A stretch of 64,000 bases of DNA from an uncultured Nitrospiraceae bacterium (GTDB lineage: Bacteria > Nitrospirota > Thermodesulfovibrionia > Thermodesulfovibrionales > Dissulfurispiraceae): contig CAVSHF010000003.1 of the NCBI GenBank assembly GCA_963727805.1, positions 1,984,001 to 2,048,000 of the forward strand, given 5' to 3'. Each line of letters begins with the position of its first letter. Position 1 is the stretch's first letter. The notes under the pieces are model-generated. The model saw nothing but the letters and a program-made list of their open reading frames with translations, was not told where the DNA came from and ran no database searches. The position numbers and the translations under genes are program-made. Of the stretch, positions 21,852-32,719 are shown piece by piece.

Positions 21852-21974
21852 GATTTTTCCTTTCGTTCATTTGATAAAGCTATTTTTTTAGTATTTAACA
21901 GAGTTTCATGAATAGTGTAGTGCAGTCGTGGCATCAAGTCAAGGAAAATTACTGGAATGTCATGAATAGTTGGA

Positions 21975-22525
21975 GTTTCCTGAGTTTTCATCCGAACTCG
22001 AAGGTGAATTGAAAGTCATCGCTGCTAGCGGCCGACAATCCCCGCAATGCTGTCTTATCTGGGAACAGCAGATTGTATATCCCATCGGCTATTGCATAAT
22101 TGAAGAAACTCGACACTACTAATGAATAGTTTGGACACCACAAAAACACGCTCAACCAGCAATCGAAGCTTTATGTTCTGCCCAAGATACACCGCTGCAA
22201 AGTACGAAATGGCAACGACCGGCACCACGACATTTCTTATGCTGATATAGCTTCTTCCAAGAGTTCCGCCAATAATAACGCCATAATTCACGCGAAGTAT
22301 TGCTGGAGTGGCAAGGACGGCGATTACGAAGTTGACTCGATACGTCTGTAAAAAATGGGGGGACTTTTTATGGCCTTCAAAAGTGGCAAGGCGACTTGTA
22401 CGGAAGATGGTGTATGGGATACAGGCCAGCCAGTCGGTTGTGCTGACAAAAGTCGCCAGGACGTTAGAAGAGCAGACTGCTATAAAGAAAGTTCAGAGAC
22501 GACTGTCGTGGCAACTGTTACGTAA
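21975..22525. pseudogene. Scrambled IS4-like transposase remnants (C-terminal piece on -, N-terminal piece on +)
   Basis: - strand: SYISIRNVV..YFAAVYLG..VSSFFNYAIADGIY; + strand: MVYGIQASQSVVLTKVARTLEE..RRLS. Confidence 0.55.
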
Positions 22526-22721
22526 AGTGGGTCATCGCGTAATCATGCCAGATTTCTTATGCCTATGAAAACTCGATTTCTCGTTGTCCCTAGCCAATCC
22601 ATACCATTTTCATGCTGCTTCTTATCCAGTCGACACCGTGAAGATACAGCATAATTTCTTTATATCAATAATGTCGTTATGTTGTAATTCATGGCGCAAA
22701 ATATGCTAATATGTTAAGAAG

Positions 22722-23000
22722 ATGGGCATATGGGGGAGTTTTTTCAAGAAGCGGCAGGAACATATCTATTGTGAAAAAAGACGTCGGCCCAGGCGCAGAT
22801 GCGCCGTAGTGACCGAATTTGCCGATCCAAGGGGAAACATCTGGAGCTGCGAAATCCTCGATGCGAGTGAAAGCGGCTTCGGTATCTCTACGAGTGCGTG
22901 GCTCACCATGGGGCATACAGTGAACATTATTCGCCCCTCCGCAGAGGCAAAAGTGGTCTGGGTCGGAGATAATAAGGCGGGCCTCAGGATCCTCAGGTAA
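22722..23000 (+). CDS. Stand-alone PilZ-domain protein
   Basis: EKRRRPR (RxxxR) and DASESG (D/NxSxxG) motifs; AKVVW..AGL. Confidence 0.8.
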   Translation: MGIWGSFFKKRQEHIYCEKRRRPRRRCAVVTEFADPRGNIWSCEILDASESGFGISTSAWLTMGHTVNIIRPSAEAKVVWVGDNKAGLRILR

Positions 23001-23223
23001 CACTGTGATATTCTTTTTTCGTGCACAAACGCGTCGACTGCAGCCAATGTGCTATATTTAACCCGGCTGGGCAGATGCCCGTCTCGGATTCCTAACAAAA
23101 TATCTCGATTAAATAACACATGAAAAATAATTGCCGATAATATTTACGGTCATAATCAATCGGCTACTCATTTCAGATTATCGATACTTGGCGTTTTACG
23201 AATGAGTAGTATTTATAGTAAAC

Positions 23224-23816
23224 AACCACCGACTTTGCTGGTGGCTTTCCTAGAGAAGACAACAACTCTTGACAATGTCCTCCGCAGTTGTCCCATGGTC
23301 GTCGCTGTTCTTCCTTAATCTCTTCCTCTTGGTGCTTCCTCACGTATTCCCTTACAACTTCTTCGTTCAGCCCTACGGTATTTACACAATATCCTCTCAC
23401 CTAGATCTACATTCCCTAGTATTTCTTTGCCAGCTCAGGAAACTTACGGCCCAAATACTCCGCACTCTGCCCCTTCAATATCTTCATGACTTGAAGCGGT
23501 GAATGCTTGGGTGGTACTGAGAAATACATGTCAACGCGGTCTTCTTTGATTGCTCCTTCTAGTATTTTTATGCCATTCACATAGCTCCGTCAATATAACC
23601 TGGAGCCTCTCCCCAACCTCTGCTCCCAATACTTTGTATCTATATTTCGGCGCCCAGACAAAATGGTATTCGCACCCATAGACTACCTCAGAGGTCTTCA
23701 GAAATTTATTCATCGATTCTATGCTATGATAGGCCTCTCAGCTCGCCAACCTCCCCAGCTCACTTTCGATGTGCTGCCTCCGCCCCCACGGCCCACCACT
23801 GACATTGTCAGTGGTT
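23224..23816 (-). mobile_element. tnpA: Degenerate IS200-like element (Y1 tnpA pseudogene with subterminal hairpins)
   Basis: YHFVWAPKYRY..VPPK..KG..RGYCVNTVG..YV with frameshift and stops, HUH degraded; hairpins accaccgac..gctggtgg (~23225) and accactgaca..tgtcagtggt (~23795). Confidence 0.8.
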
Positions 23817-24316
23817 TTGACCAATTAATAAATTCATTGTGATTGCCTATTTCCAGCAGGAAAATCCACGCAGGATAATGACTCATGTAGAGCTCTCCAT
23901 GAATGTGAAATTAGGAGCTAAGTAATGCACGGCCAGAAGTCTGCCACGGGCTTAATCATCATCTCGGATTCAGTCCGGCAGATAAGAAGGGGACCATCCG
24001 GTGTATTGGGGAGCTAAGCTTTTTGTCGCCGTGGGGCTACCCCCGTGCTGACTGCCTATATATCTCCATGCCGGGAAGATCATGACAACGTAAGGAAGCT
24101 TGTGAAGGATAACGAATTCATCGAGGTCTGCATCAAATAAGTTTCACATTCAAAATATTTTCACATCTACTTCCGCCTCGATTACTTTTTTTTGCCTTTT
24201 CTTGTTAAACTTTTCCTCATGGGTATGATTCTCCTTTTCTCTCTTTGAGAGATTTCTTTCCCCTATGATTGTACCCATTTTTCTTTTACAGAATTGAGCT
24301 TACACTATCATCATGA

Positions 24317-25300
<984 letters not shown>

Positions 25301-25354
25301 TTAAGTCCCTTCTGGTCCCATAAAGCTTTCAGTAGGAGCACTCCATGACTGCTC

Positions 25355-25567
25355 TTACTGAAAATATTTAAAAACTCCCAACCCAATAATAAGTTCAAAC
25401 GCGATGAAGGCCAAAAGCATCCGCCCCAGCACAAAAGGGTCTTCTTCAAGACCAGTCATCGTGTCTCTTGATAGACATCCCATGACAAAAGACTCTTCTT
25501 CATGGCTGGTCACTGCATAATTTGGTGTCTGCCCCAGTACAAAGACGTTATCTTTTACGTTAGCCAT
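25355..25567 (-). CDS. Small membrane protein (C-terminal TM helix)
   Basis: 70 aa; strong SD GAGGAGG; hydrophobic C-terminus. Confidence 0.55.
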   Translation of the reverse strand: MANVKDNVFVLGQTPNYAVTSHEEESFVMGCLSRDTMTGLEEDPFVLGRMLLAFIAFELIIGLGVFKYFQ

Positions 25568-25647
25568 TGTAAACCTCCTCTTTCGCTATACAGATAGTGA
25601 TTCATTCTTTTCATTCAACGTTCTACCCCATAAATATATGCTATTTC

Positions 25648-25702
25648 AATTAAGATTTAATTAAGATTTAATTAAGATTTAATTAAGATTTAATTAAGAT
25701 TT
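25648..25702. repeat. 5 perfect tandem copies of 11-bp AATTAAGATTT
   Basis: Read directly from the sequence. Confidence 0.95.
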
Positions 25703-25812
25703 CTTCATTATTCTTTGTGACCGCAGAAAGGGACTCAACAACATGCTCCAGATGTTTTGCCTCAGACTCCGCGATTCTCGGAGCAGGGTATCTTTAATCT
25801 TCAATAAGAATA

Positions 25813-25841
25813 TAGACAATTGCTATCATATATAGTATAAT
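25813..25841 (+). promoter_or_regulatory. Sigma70 promoter of IS607 tnpA (likely leaderless mRNA)
   Basis: TAGACA-17 nt-TATAAT, ending 5 nt before ATG 25847; no SD. Confidence 0.65.
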
Positions 25842-25846
25842 AAATC

Positions 25847-26443
25847 ATGAAATTATCGACATACGCAAAGCAATTAGGCATCAGCTATCAGACGGCATGG
25901 CGGCTATTCAAAGACGGCAAGCTCAATGCCTACAAGCTGCCCACGGGGACGGTCATTGTCCGCGAAGAAGAGTCCCAGGGTTCGGAACAGGCAGTTGGCG
26001 TTTACTGTCGGGTCTCTTGTTCTGAAAACAAGAACAACCTGGAATCACAGAAGCGCCGTCTTTTGGATTACTGTGCTGCAAAGGGATACAAAGTGAGCAG
26101 GGTTATAACCGAAGTAGGGTCTGGTATCAACGACACCCGTAAGCAATGGCTGTCTTTGCTACAGGATCGGACGGTAAGGATTATCGTTGTGGAGCACAAA
26201 GACAGGTTTACGCGGTTCGGGTTCACCGGATACAAGACCCTGCTGAATGCCGATGGGCGCGACATCCAGGTAGTCAACGAAGCGGACAATGGCAAGGAGG
26301 ATCTACTTCAGGATCTGGTGGCTATTATTACCTCCTTCTGTGCCAGACTTTATGGTCAGAGACGCTGCAAGAGAAAAACGGAAAAGATCATACAGGAATT
26401 GACAGCTGGCAAGCAGCAAAGCGTGGATGGACAAGACATATAA
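25847..26443 (+). CDS. tnpA: IS607 serine transposase TnpA
   Basis: N-terminal MerR-like HTH (YAKQLGISYQTAWR); YCRVS catalytic Ser; EVGSG, VEHKDRFTRFGF, SFCARLYG. Confidence 0.95.
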   Translation: MKLSTYAKQLGISYQTAWRLFKDGKLNAYKLPTGTVIVREEESQGSEQAVGVYCRVSCSENKNNLESQKRRLLDYCAAKGYKVSRVITEVGSGINDTRKQWLSLLQDRTVRIIVVEHKDRFTRFGFTGYKTLLNADGRDIQVVNEADNGKEDLLQDLVAIITSFCARLYGQRRCKRKTEKIIQELTAGKQQSVDGQDI

Positions 26444-28586
26444 GCTAAAACATCTTGCCAACAAAGGCAAGCAGGTGAAGGTCATCCAGACGATACGGGC
26501 TTATCGGGACACTGCCAGTCTTATTGCGTGGGATCAGTGGCGTTGCTTCTATGAGTCTGCTCAACCCTTCAATAAGCAATGTGACATCAAGCGTATTGAA
26601 ACACTACTATCTGAGCGCTTCAAGCAGACCTGTCAGTATCAGGTGGTTGGGGCACTGGATTCCTTCATTACCAATAGGCAGAATGATTTTATTTTTCATG
26701 TCCATCGCAGCAGTCTTGACCAGAACAGTAAACACCGGATGTTCACTATCAACAAGTATGGGTTGTGGTACAACAAGTACCCCTTCTCTATGTTGTTTGT
26801 GGCCAAAAAAGCGAAAAAGCGTGCGCAGAGTGATGACAAAGAGTATCTATATACGATCAAGCAGGGACTTACCATCGAGTCGGATGATCTGAAACTCTCC
26901 CGTAAGATATTCAACCACATCCTGTCCAAGCACCGTAAGCCTTCGTTTCAACACATCAATATGAATCTTGATAACAAAGTGGCGGTGATTTCGGGGAAGA
27001 TCCATGGCAAGGCAAGTGCTTTTGACTACTGGGTGCGGCTTTCCACTTTGGAGAAAGGCAAGCCCGTCTACATGCCTGTGGAGTCCAATGCGTATTTCGA
27101 TGACATTGCCGGCAGGCAGAAGAAGTTCTGTCAGGTGAATCTCAACGACAAAAACGAGATATCCATAAGCTTCATCAAAGACGTACCCGATCACAAGAAT
27201 GACTATGTCCCGGCGATTGACAAGATATGCGTGGACATCGGTCTTGTCACGGCAATGGCAACTGACAAGGGAGACCGGTTTGGCAGGGACTTTATGGGTC
27301 GGCTCCTGTATTACGACAACCGCATCAGTCCGCTTGCCGCAAACAGGCAGCGCCAGGGCTTGCCGGTGCGGAGCCCGAGGTACGACCACAGAGTCTCTGA
27401 ATTGAGGGATTACCTGAAGAACGAGATCAACAGGTTGTTCAACCGTATTAAAGAGATATATCTTCCCGCAGAGATAGTCGTCGAGAAGTTGGACTTTCGT
27501 AACCTCAATCTCTCAAAGAGAATGAATCGGCTGCTGTCCCGCTTTGGCAAGTCCTGTATTGTTGCCAAATTGAAGTCGCTGGAAGAAGAATTCGGGATTG
27601 TCACCAGATATGAGAATCCCGCATACACCTCTCAGCAATGCTCAGTATGCGGGTATGTGGACAAGAATAACCGTAAGTCTCAATCTGTTTTTGAGTGTAA
27701 GTTTTGTTTGTGCTGCGAGGTTGCAAAAGAGATGAAGGAAGGCCCTTCGGAATCGGCATGCAGGTGTTGATTTCAAACCGCCTCACGCTGCTTTAGATCG
27801 AAAGACTACGGTAGTGAACGGTTGAGGAAAAGGCGTACTAGATACGTCAGGTGTGGATCAAGAAGGTGAATGTTAAGTGAACCAATGTAAGCGTCGAAAT
27901 ACATTAGATGATGTCAAAATTGGAGTCTGCAAAATGCTCCAAGATTAGCTTAGGGGAAACCTGTTTACTGCCTAAGTGACATCCGGCGTAGAGTTGGCAC
28001 GAGCTTGATTCTGGCTCTTTTGTAAAACGTAGGAACTCTTTATGTGATGCTAAGGGAAAACTTTATAAGTGGCATCCCCACGAAGGAGGAAAGTACCGAT
28101 GCACATAAAGGGGGCGGATCATCTTGTAGTACCGATGAAGCGGTGATAATAAGCCGCGGAGGGAAGGAGATGAGCCAGTCCACAGAGAGTAACTGTCAAC
28201 TGGGCAACCAGGAGGAACTATCACTCAATGTGTAGTCTTGGGTCTAAGAGGATCTTAGAAGATGGCTGGCACGAGCCGGATGATGGGAGACTATCATGTC
28301 CGGTTCTGTGAGAGGCTGGAGGTGTAATTCCTCCGGCCTACTCGGCCATAGTATCATGCATGCGGATGTGAACGCCCCGCGAAACCTCAGCAAGAGAAGT
28401 TCTCTTGTTACTGCCCTTCCACTCTACATGTCTCATGCAAATATCCTTCGTGTCCTGACAAAGAGTTTTATCGACTCTTTATCAAGCATGGAGCGAAAGT
28501 ATCACCTGCGGCATAGTGACGCAGTCAGCTTACTGTCGGCCAACCCTTATTTCTCAGGGAATCTGGCACAGCTAAAAGGGTCGTAG
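26427..28586 (+). CDS. tnpB: TnpB RNA-guided nuclease, two exons: join(26427..27707,28347..28586), 506 aa after splicing
   Basis: RuvC-I CVDIG, RuvC-II VVEKL, PAYTSQQCSVCG..FECKFC | HSIMHADVNAPRNL (RuvC-III lies in exon 2). Confidence 0.88.
27708..28346 (+). ncRNA. ORF-less group II intron (IIB, bacterial class D/RmInt1-like), 639 nt
   Basis: 5' TTGTGCTGC; DV gagccggatgatgggagactatcatgtccggttc (28273-28306, AGC triad); DVI with bulged A28340; 3' CTACTCGGC; EBS1 27929-27935 pairs IBS1 27701-27707; EBS2 27900-27905 pairs IBS2 27694-27699; DIV only ~97 nt. Confidence 0.92.
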
Positions 28587-28971
28587 TGGTCAATGAGATA
28601 TTTGACTATGAAAATTCTTACTATAAGCTTTTAACTTGAGGACAGCGTCCCAGAGGGTCATTATGCTTCTCAATCAACTGTCCAGCAAGCAGGGGGAAAG
28701 ATCTATGAGAAAATGCTGTTAAACATTCGGCTTACTCATCAAAACATGACGTGATCGGTCTGACTCGAAAAACGTTGACAAGGGGCCTCGATTAACTTCA
28801 AAAAGACGGCCTTATTTCGCCCCAAAAAAACAGAAGAATATGCCTCCAACTTTCCTTTTAAAAAGAATTTTCCCTTAAGAATTCGAAAATCTAATTAGAG
28901 GCACCGGAGTTCTCTGAGGCTAGCGCATTCTTCTTTTCTCAAATAATAAGGGAGTCCCGAAATAGCCAGAG

Positions 28972-28987
28972 TGTGATTGCTATCACG
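28972..28987. promoter_or_regulatory. CRP-type site in class II position
   Basis: TGTGA-ttgcta-TCACG centred about -41.5 from the TSS implied by -10 TATACT (29009-29014). Confidence 0.65.
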
Positions 28988-29045
28988 GAAACCATCTGCA
29001 TTATCTTTTATACTCCAATTTAGAGAGACGGATTTTATCCGTTAA

Positions 29046-29130
29046 CCCGAAAAAGGCAAACCATCCGAAATGATGGGACGCAAAGCCACGGGCCTAAATC
29101 CTGTATGGACAAGGCAGCCGGGTTGCCGGG
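29046..29130 (+). promoter_or_regulatory. c-di-GMP-I (GEMM) riboswitch
   Basis: GGCAAACCATCCGAAATGATGGGACGCAAAGCCACGGGCCTAA...GGCAGCCGGGTTGCC; P1 cccg/cggg; G20 and C92 equivalents canonical. Confidence 0.93.
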
Positions 29131-29184
29131 AGGTTAGAGCACCTCCCATGGTCTTTAATCCCCAGTGGAGTCATGGAGGTGCAT

Positions 29185-31728
29185 ATGGTAGCAGAAAGTA
29201 TCACAGGACGAAGACTAAGCAAGGTATCATTTCGTATTTGCAATCCTGTGCTGGCTCTTCTGACCGTATTGATGCTTACTTTACCGATGTCCGTTGAAAA
29301 TGCCTTTTCAGCAGTAACCCTGAACTGGACTGCTCCGAGCACGAACACAGATGGAACACCGCTGACAGACCTTTCTGGATATAATCTTTATTATGGAACT
29401 TCTTCCGGTACTTACACTAATTCAATTACTCTCACCAATGTAATAACCTATACGCTTAACAACCTCTCCAACGGCACATATTATTTTGTTGTAACTGCAT
29501 ATACAACCGCAGGATTAGAGAGTACCCCCTCGAATGAGGTTTCAAAAACGGAATCATTGCCTTCTGACACAACTCCTCCGACAGTGAACGCTTTCACTAT
29601 TCCGCCCACTGCAACGTCTTTGCCCGTATCGATCACCAGTTTTACTGCAACGGATGACGTCGGGGTGACGGGTTATCTGGTAAACGAATCCGCCACCACA
29701 CCAGCCGCTTCAGCAGCTGGATGGTCTGCAACCGCTCCCACTTCCTACACCTTCACTACCGCTGGCACCAAAACACTCTATGCCTGGGCTAAAGACGCAG
29801 CCGGTAATGTATCGACCAGTCTCAGTGCTTCGGTTACCATCACCATTGACACTACGGCTCCCACAGTGACTGGTTTCACTATTCCGGCTACTGCAACCTC
29901 TTTGACCGTATTGATCACCAGTTTAACAGCAACTGATAACATCGGAGTGACCGGTTATCTGGTAAACGAATCGGCCACGGCGCCAGCCGCTTCAGCCGCA
30001 GGATGGTCTGCAACCGCTCCCACTTCCCACACCTTCACTACCGCTGGCACCAAAACACTCTATGCCTGGGCTAAAGACGCAGCCGGTAATGTATCGACTA
30101 GCAGAACCGCAAGCACTACCATTACATTGCCCGATACAACTCCTCCGTTAGTGACAGTTTTCACTATTCCGGCTACTGCAACCTCTTTGACCGTATCGAT
30201 CACCAGTTTAACAGCAACTGATAACGTCGGAGTGACCGGTTATCTGGTAAACGAATCGGCCACGGCGCCAGCCGCTTCAGCCGCAGGATGGTCTGCAACC
30301 GCTCCCACTTCCCACACCTTCACTACCGCTGGCACCAAAACACTCTATGCCTGGGCTAAAGACGCAGCCGGTAATGTATCGACTAGCAGAACCGCAAGCA
30401 CTACCATTACATTGCCCGATACAACTCCTCCGTTAGTGACAGTTTTCACTATTCCGGCTACTGCAACCTCTTTGACCATATCGATCACCAGTTTAACAGC
30501 AACTGATAACGTCGGAGTGACCGGTTATCTGGTAAACGAATCGGCCACGGCGCCAGCCGCTTCAGCCGCAGGATGGTCTGCAACCGCTCCCACTTCCCAC
30601 ACCTTCACTACCGCTGGCACCAAAACACTCTATGCCTGGGCTAAAGACGCAGCCGGTAATGTATCGACCAGTCTCAGTGCTTCGGTTACCATCACCATTG
30701 ACACTACGGCTCCCACAGTGACTGGTTTCACTATGCCTGCCACTGCAACTTCACTCAATGTTCCGATTACCCTTTTCACCGCCACGGATAACATAGCAGT
30801 AACTGGATATATTGTTACAGAGACTGCAACTGCGCCTGCTACCTCCGCTGCAGGATGGTCTGCAACCGCCCCGACATCGCACACGACCTCTGCAGCAGGC
30901 AGCAGAACCTTCTATGCCTGGGCCAAAGATGCAGCTGGCAAAGTGTCGACAAGCATGAGCGCTACGGTTTCGATAACTGCCAAACAATCATATAGAGGTG
31001 TCTTTAGAAAAGGTATATGGTACATGGATATGAATCAAAACGGTATTTGGGATGCAAGTGCGGACACTGCTAGTCCCTTTGGAACAGCCGGAGACATACC
31101 AGTCATGGGTGATTGGGACGGCACTGGCACGAAAAAGATCGGCGTATTCAGAAACGGCATGTGGTATCTCGATATGAATGGGAATAATGCATGGGATCCG
31201 GGTGTTGATGTAGCAATTCCCTTCGGTACAGCCGGGGATATCCCCGTTGTCGGCGACTGGAATGGTGACGGAAGAACCAAGATCGGCGTCTTCAGGAACG
31301 GGATGTGGTATCTTGACTATTCTGGCACGTACCTTGCCACGGGCACATGGGCTAGCTGCGGAGCGCCTACTGATCCGACGAAAGCGGCCTGTATATCTTT
31401 CGGTGTGGCCGGTGACATCCCCGTTGTCGGCAACTGGAATGGCAGTGTAGATGGCAAGTCCGAGATCGGCGTCTTCAGAAATGGGTATTGGTACCTTGAT
31501 ACCAACGGGAATAATGCATGGGATCCGGGTGTTGATGCAGCGATTCCCTTCGGTACAGCTGAGGATATCCCTGTTGTCGGCGACTGGAATGGTGATGGAA
31601 AGACAAAGATCGGCGTCTTCAGAAATGGGTATTGGTACGTTGATACTAACGGAAATAATGCTTGGGACCCGGAGATTGATTCTGTGATGACTTGGGGAAT
31701 GGCAGGGGACAAGCCAATCGTAAAATAA
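29185..31728 (+). CDS. Secreted surface protein: FN3 domain, 5 Ig-like ~95-aa repeats, 5 FG-GAP-like C-terminal repeats
   Basis: SD GGAGG before ATG 29185; signal peptide; DTT(P/A)P..TLYAWAKDAAGNVS repeats; GDWNGDG..KIGVFRNG repeats. Confidence 0.88.
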   Translation: MVAESITGRRLSKVSFRICNPVLALLTVLMLTLPMSVENAFSAVTLNWTAPSTNTDGTPLTDLSGYNLYYGTSSGTYTNSITLTNVITYTLNNLSNGTYYFVVTAYTTAGLESTPSNEVSKTESLPSDTTPPTVNAFTIPPTATSLPVSITSFTATDDVGVTGYLVNESATTPAASAAGWSATAPTSYTFTTAGTKTLYAWAKDAAGNVSTSLSASVTITIDTTAPTVTGFTIPATATSLTVLITSLTATDNIGVTGYLVNESATAPAASAAGWSATAPTSHTFTTAGTKTLYAWAKDAAGNVSTSRTASTTITLPDTTPPLVTVFTIPATATSLTVSITSLTATDNVGVTGYLVNESATAPAASAAGWSATAPTSHTFTTAGTKTLYAWAKDAAGNVSTSRTASTTITLPDTTPPLVTVFTIPATATSLTISITSLTATDNVGVTGYLVNESATAPAASAAGWSATAPTSHTFTTAGTKTLYAWAKDAAGNVSTSLSASVTITIDTTAPTVTGFTMPATATSLNVPITLFTATDNIAVTGYIVTETATAPATSAAGWSATAPTSHTTSAAGSRTFYAWAKDAAGKVSTSMSATVSITAKQSYRGVFRKGIWYMDMNQNGIWDASADTASPFGTAGDIPVMGDWDGTGTKKIGVFRNGMWYLDMNGNNAWDPGVDVAIPFGTAGDIPVVGDWNGDGRTKIGVFRNGMWYLDYSGTYLATGTWASCGAPTDPTKAACISFGVAGDIPVVGNWNGSVDGKSEIGVFRNGYWYLDTNGNNAWDPGVDAAIPFGTAEDIPVVGDWNGDGKTKIGVFRNGYWYVDTNGNNAWDPEIDSVMTWGMAGDKPIVK

Positions 31729-31748
31729 GCTGAATTCTTTAAGCTGAT

Positions 31749-31785
31749 AAGGAGGCAAAGTCGTTAGACTTTGCCTCCTTTTTAT
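31749..31785 (+). terminator. Rho-independent terminator
   Basis: aaggaggcaaagtc-gtta-gactttgcctcctt followed by a T-run. Confidence 0.85.
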
Positions 31786-32070
31786 GTATTACCGAAAGTC
31801 TGTGCGGAATGCCCCATCGCTTGCCGCAGAGATCATACCCTTCATATGTGGGTATAGCAAATATCAGACTCGTTCGAGTATGCTAAAGGGACAGGAATAG
31901 ATTCCTTGCTTCTTCTCTTTTATTAACGTCACTGTTTTTGTATTCTTGAAGAAATTCTCTTTGTAACGGGAGGACTCTTCTATCATTTATTGTAATTGCA
32001 CTAATTAACAGTTTTGGACGTTTTAAATATTTTCAGCAGGAGTCACTAGGTACAGACCTCCAAAGTTTGA

Positions 32071-32712
32071 TTAAACCGTCGCCTCCCTACTGAAATCAAA
32101 CTCATCCATCCTGATAGAAAGCTCCTGCCAGTTGTATAATTGCAGAGCGCGGGCGAGACTGTCGATCACCCTAGTCCGAACAGCGCGTTCAATTTCCCGC
32201 TTGCCGGTAACACCGTAGAAAGGGAGCATGATAGAAAAGGCACTGTTGGTGCAATCACGACGCGGAGACAGCACATCTGATCTTCTCGTATAGTACGGGT
32301 CCTCGTCGGCCTCGCAGACTTTGCTGAATACATTGAACTGCCTGCAAGCGATGGGTCGCATCGAATGTATTGAGCAGGTGCCGTCGATCAGAAAGGGACA
32401 CAGGTCACCCTTGCGATGATCGAGGAGCCTCTTTTTCAGAATACCGCGTAACGGATGAGGAAGTTTTTCGATGACAAACCAGTAAATCCCGACAAGTTCA
32501 AGCGGATATACAGGTATATCACGGTGCGTGGTGCAGCAATTCCCGCAGCCTTTTCCGCACGCAAGCCTTACACCTCTTTTTTTCTCCTCCTCATTGATTG
32601 CCGCAGAAACCCCGTTGTCGATCACGGCATAGGCATCTAGAAGCTGAGGAAGCCAGGGTAATCTCTTTTCGTCTTCAGGAAAATGAAGACGAAATGGTGT
32701 TTTAGTATTCAT
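32071..32712 (-). CDS. YkgJ-family cysteine-cluster protein
   Basis: ACGKGCGNCC, CPFL..CSIH..RPIACR. Confidence 0.85.
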   Translation of the reverse strand: MNTKTPFRLHFPEDEKRLPWLPQLLDAYAVIDNGVSAAINEEEKKRGVRLACGKGCGNCCTTHRDIPVYPLELVGIYWFVIEKLPHPLRGILKKRLLDHRKGDLCPFLIDGTCSIHSMRPIACRQFNVFSKVCEADEDPYYTRRSDVLSPRRDCTNSAFSIMLPFYGVTGKREIERAVRTRVIDSLARALQLYNWQELSIRMDEFDFSREATV

Positions 32713-32719
32713 AGACACA

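Larger units (their letters stand above)
25787..28641 (+). mobile_element. IS607-family element (tnpA serine transposase + tnpB) carrying a group II intron; ends approximate
   Basis: Overlapping tnpA/tnpB pair; AT-rich ends bounded by GG dinucleotides at ~25786-25788 and 28640-28641 (boundaries inferred). Confidence 0.8.

Noticed and set aside
27770..28346. ORFs 28044..28235 and the first 17 codons of 28296..28586 as genes; 26427..27770 as a complete TnpB
   Set aside because: They lie in intron RNA domains; the 447-aa ORF lacks RuvC-III and its last 20 aa are intron-derived
27708..28346. IStron (group I intron-IS chimera)
   Set aside because: The RNA has group II domains V/VI and lies inside tnpB rather than enclosing the IS
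29046..29130. c-AMP-GMP (GEMM-Ib) riboswitch
   Set aside because: Position-20 equivalent is G (AAAAGGCAAACC), the c-di-GMP signature
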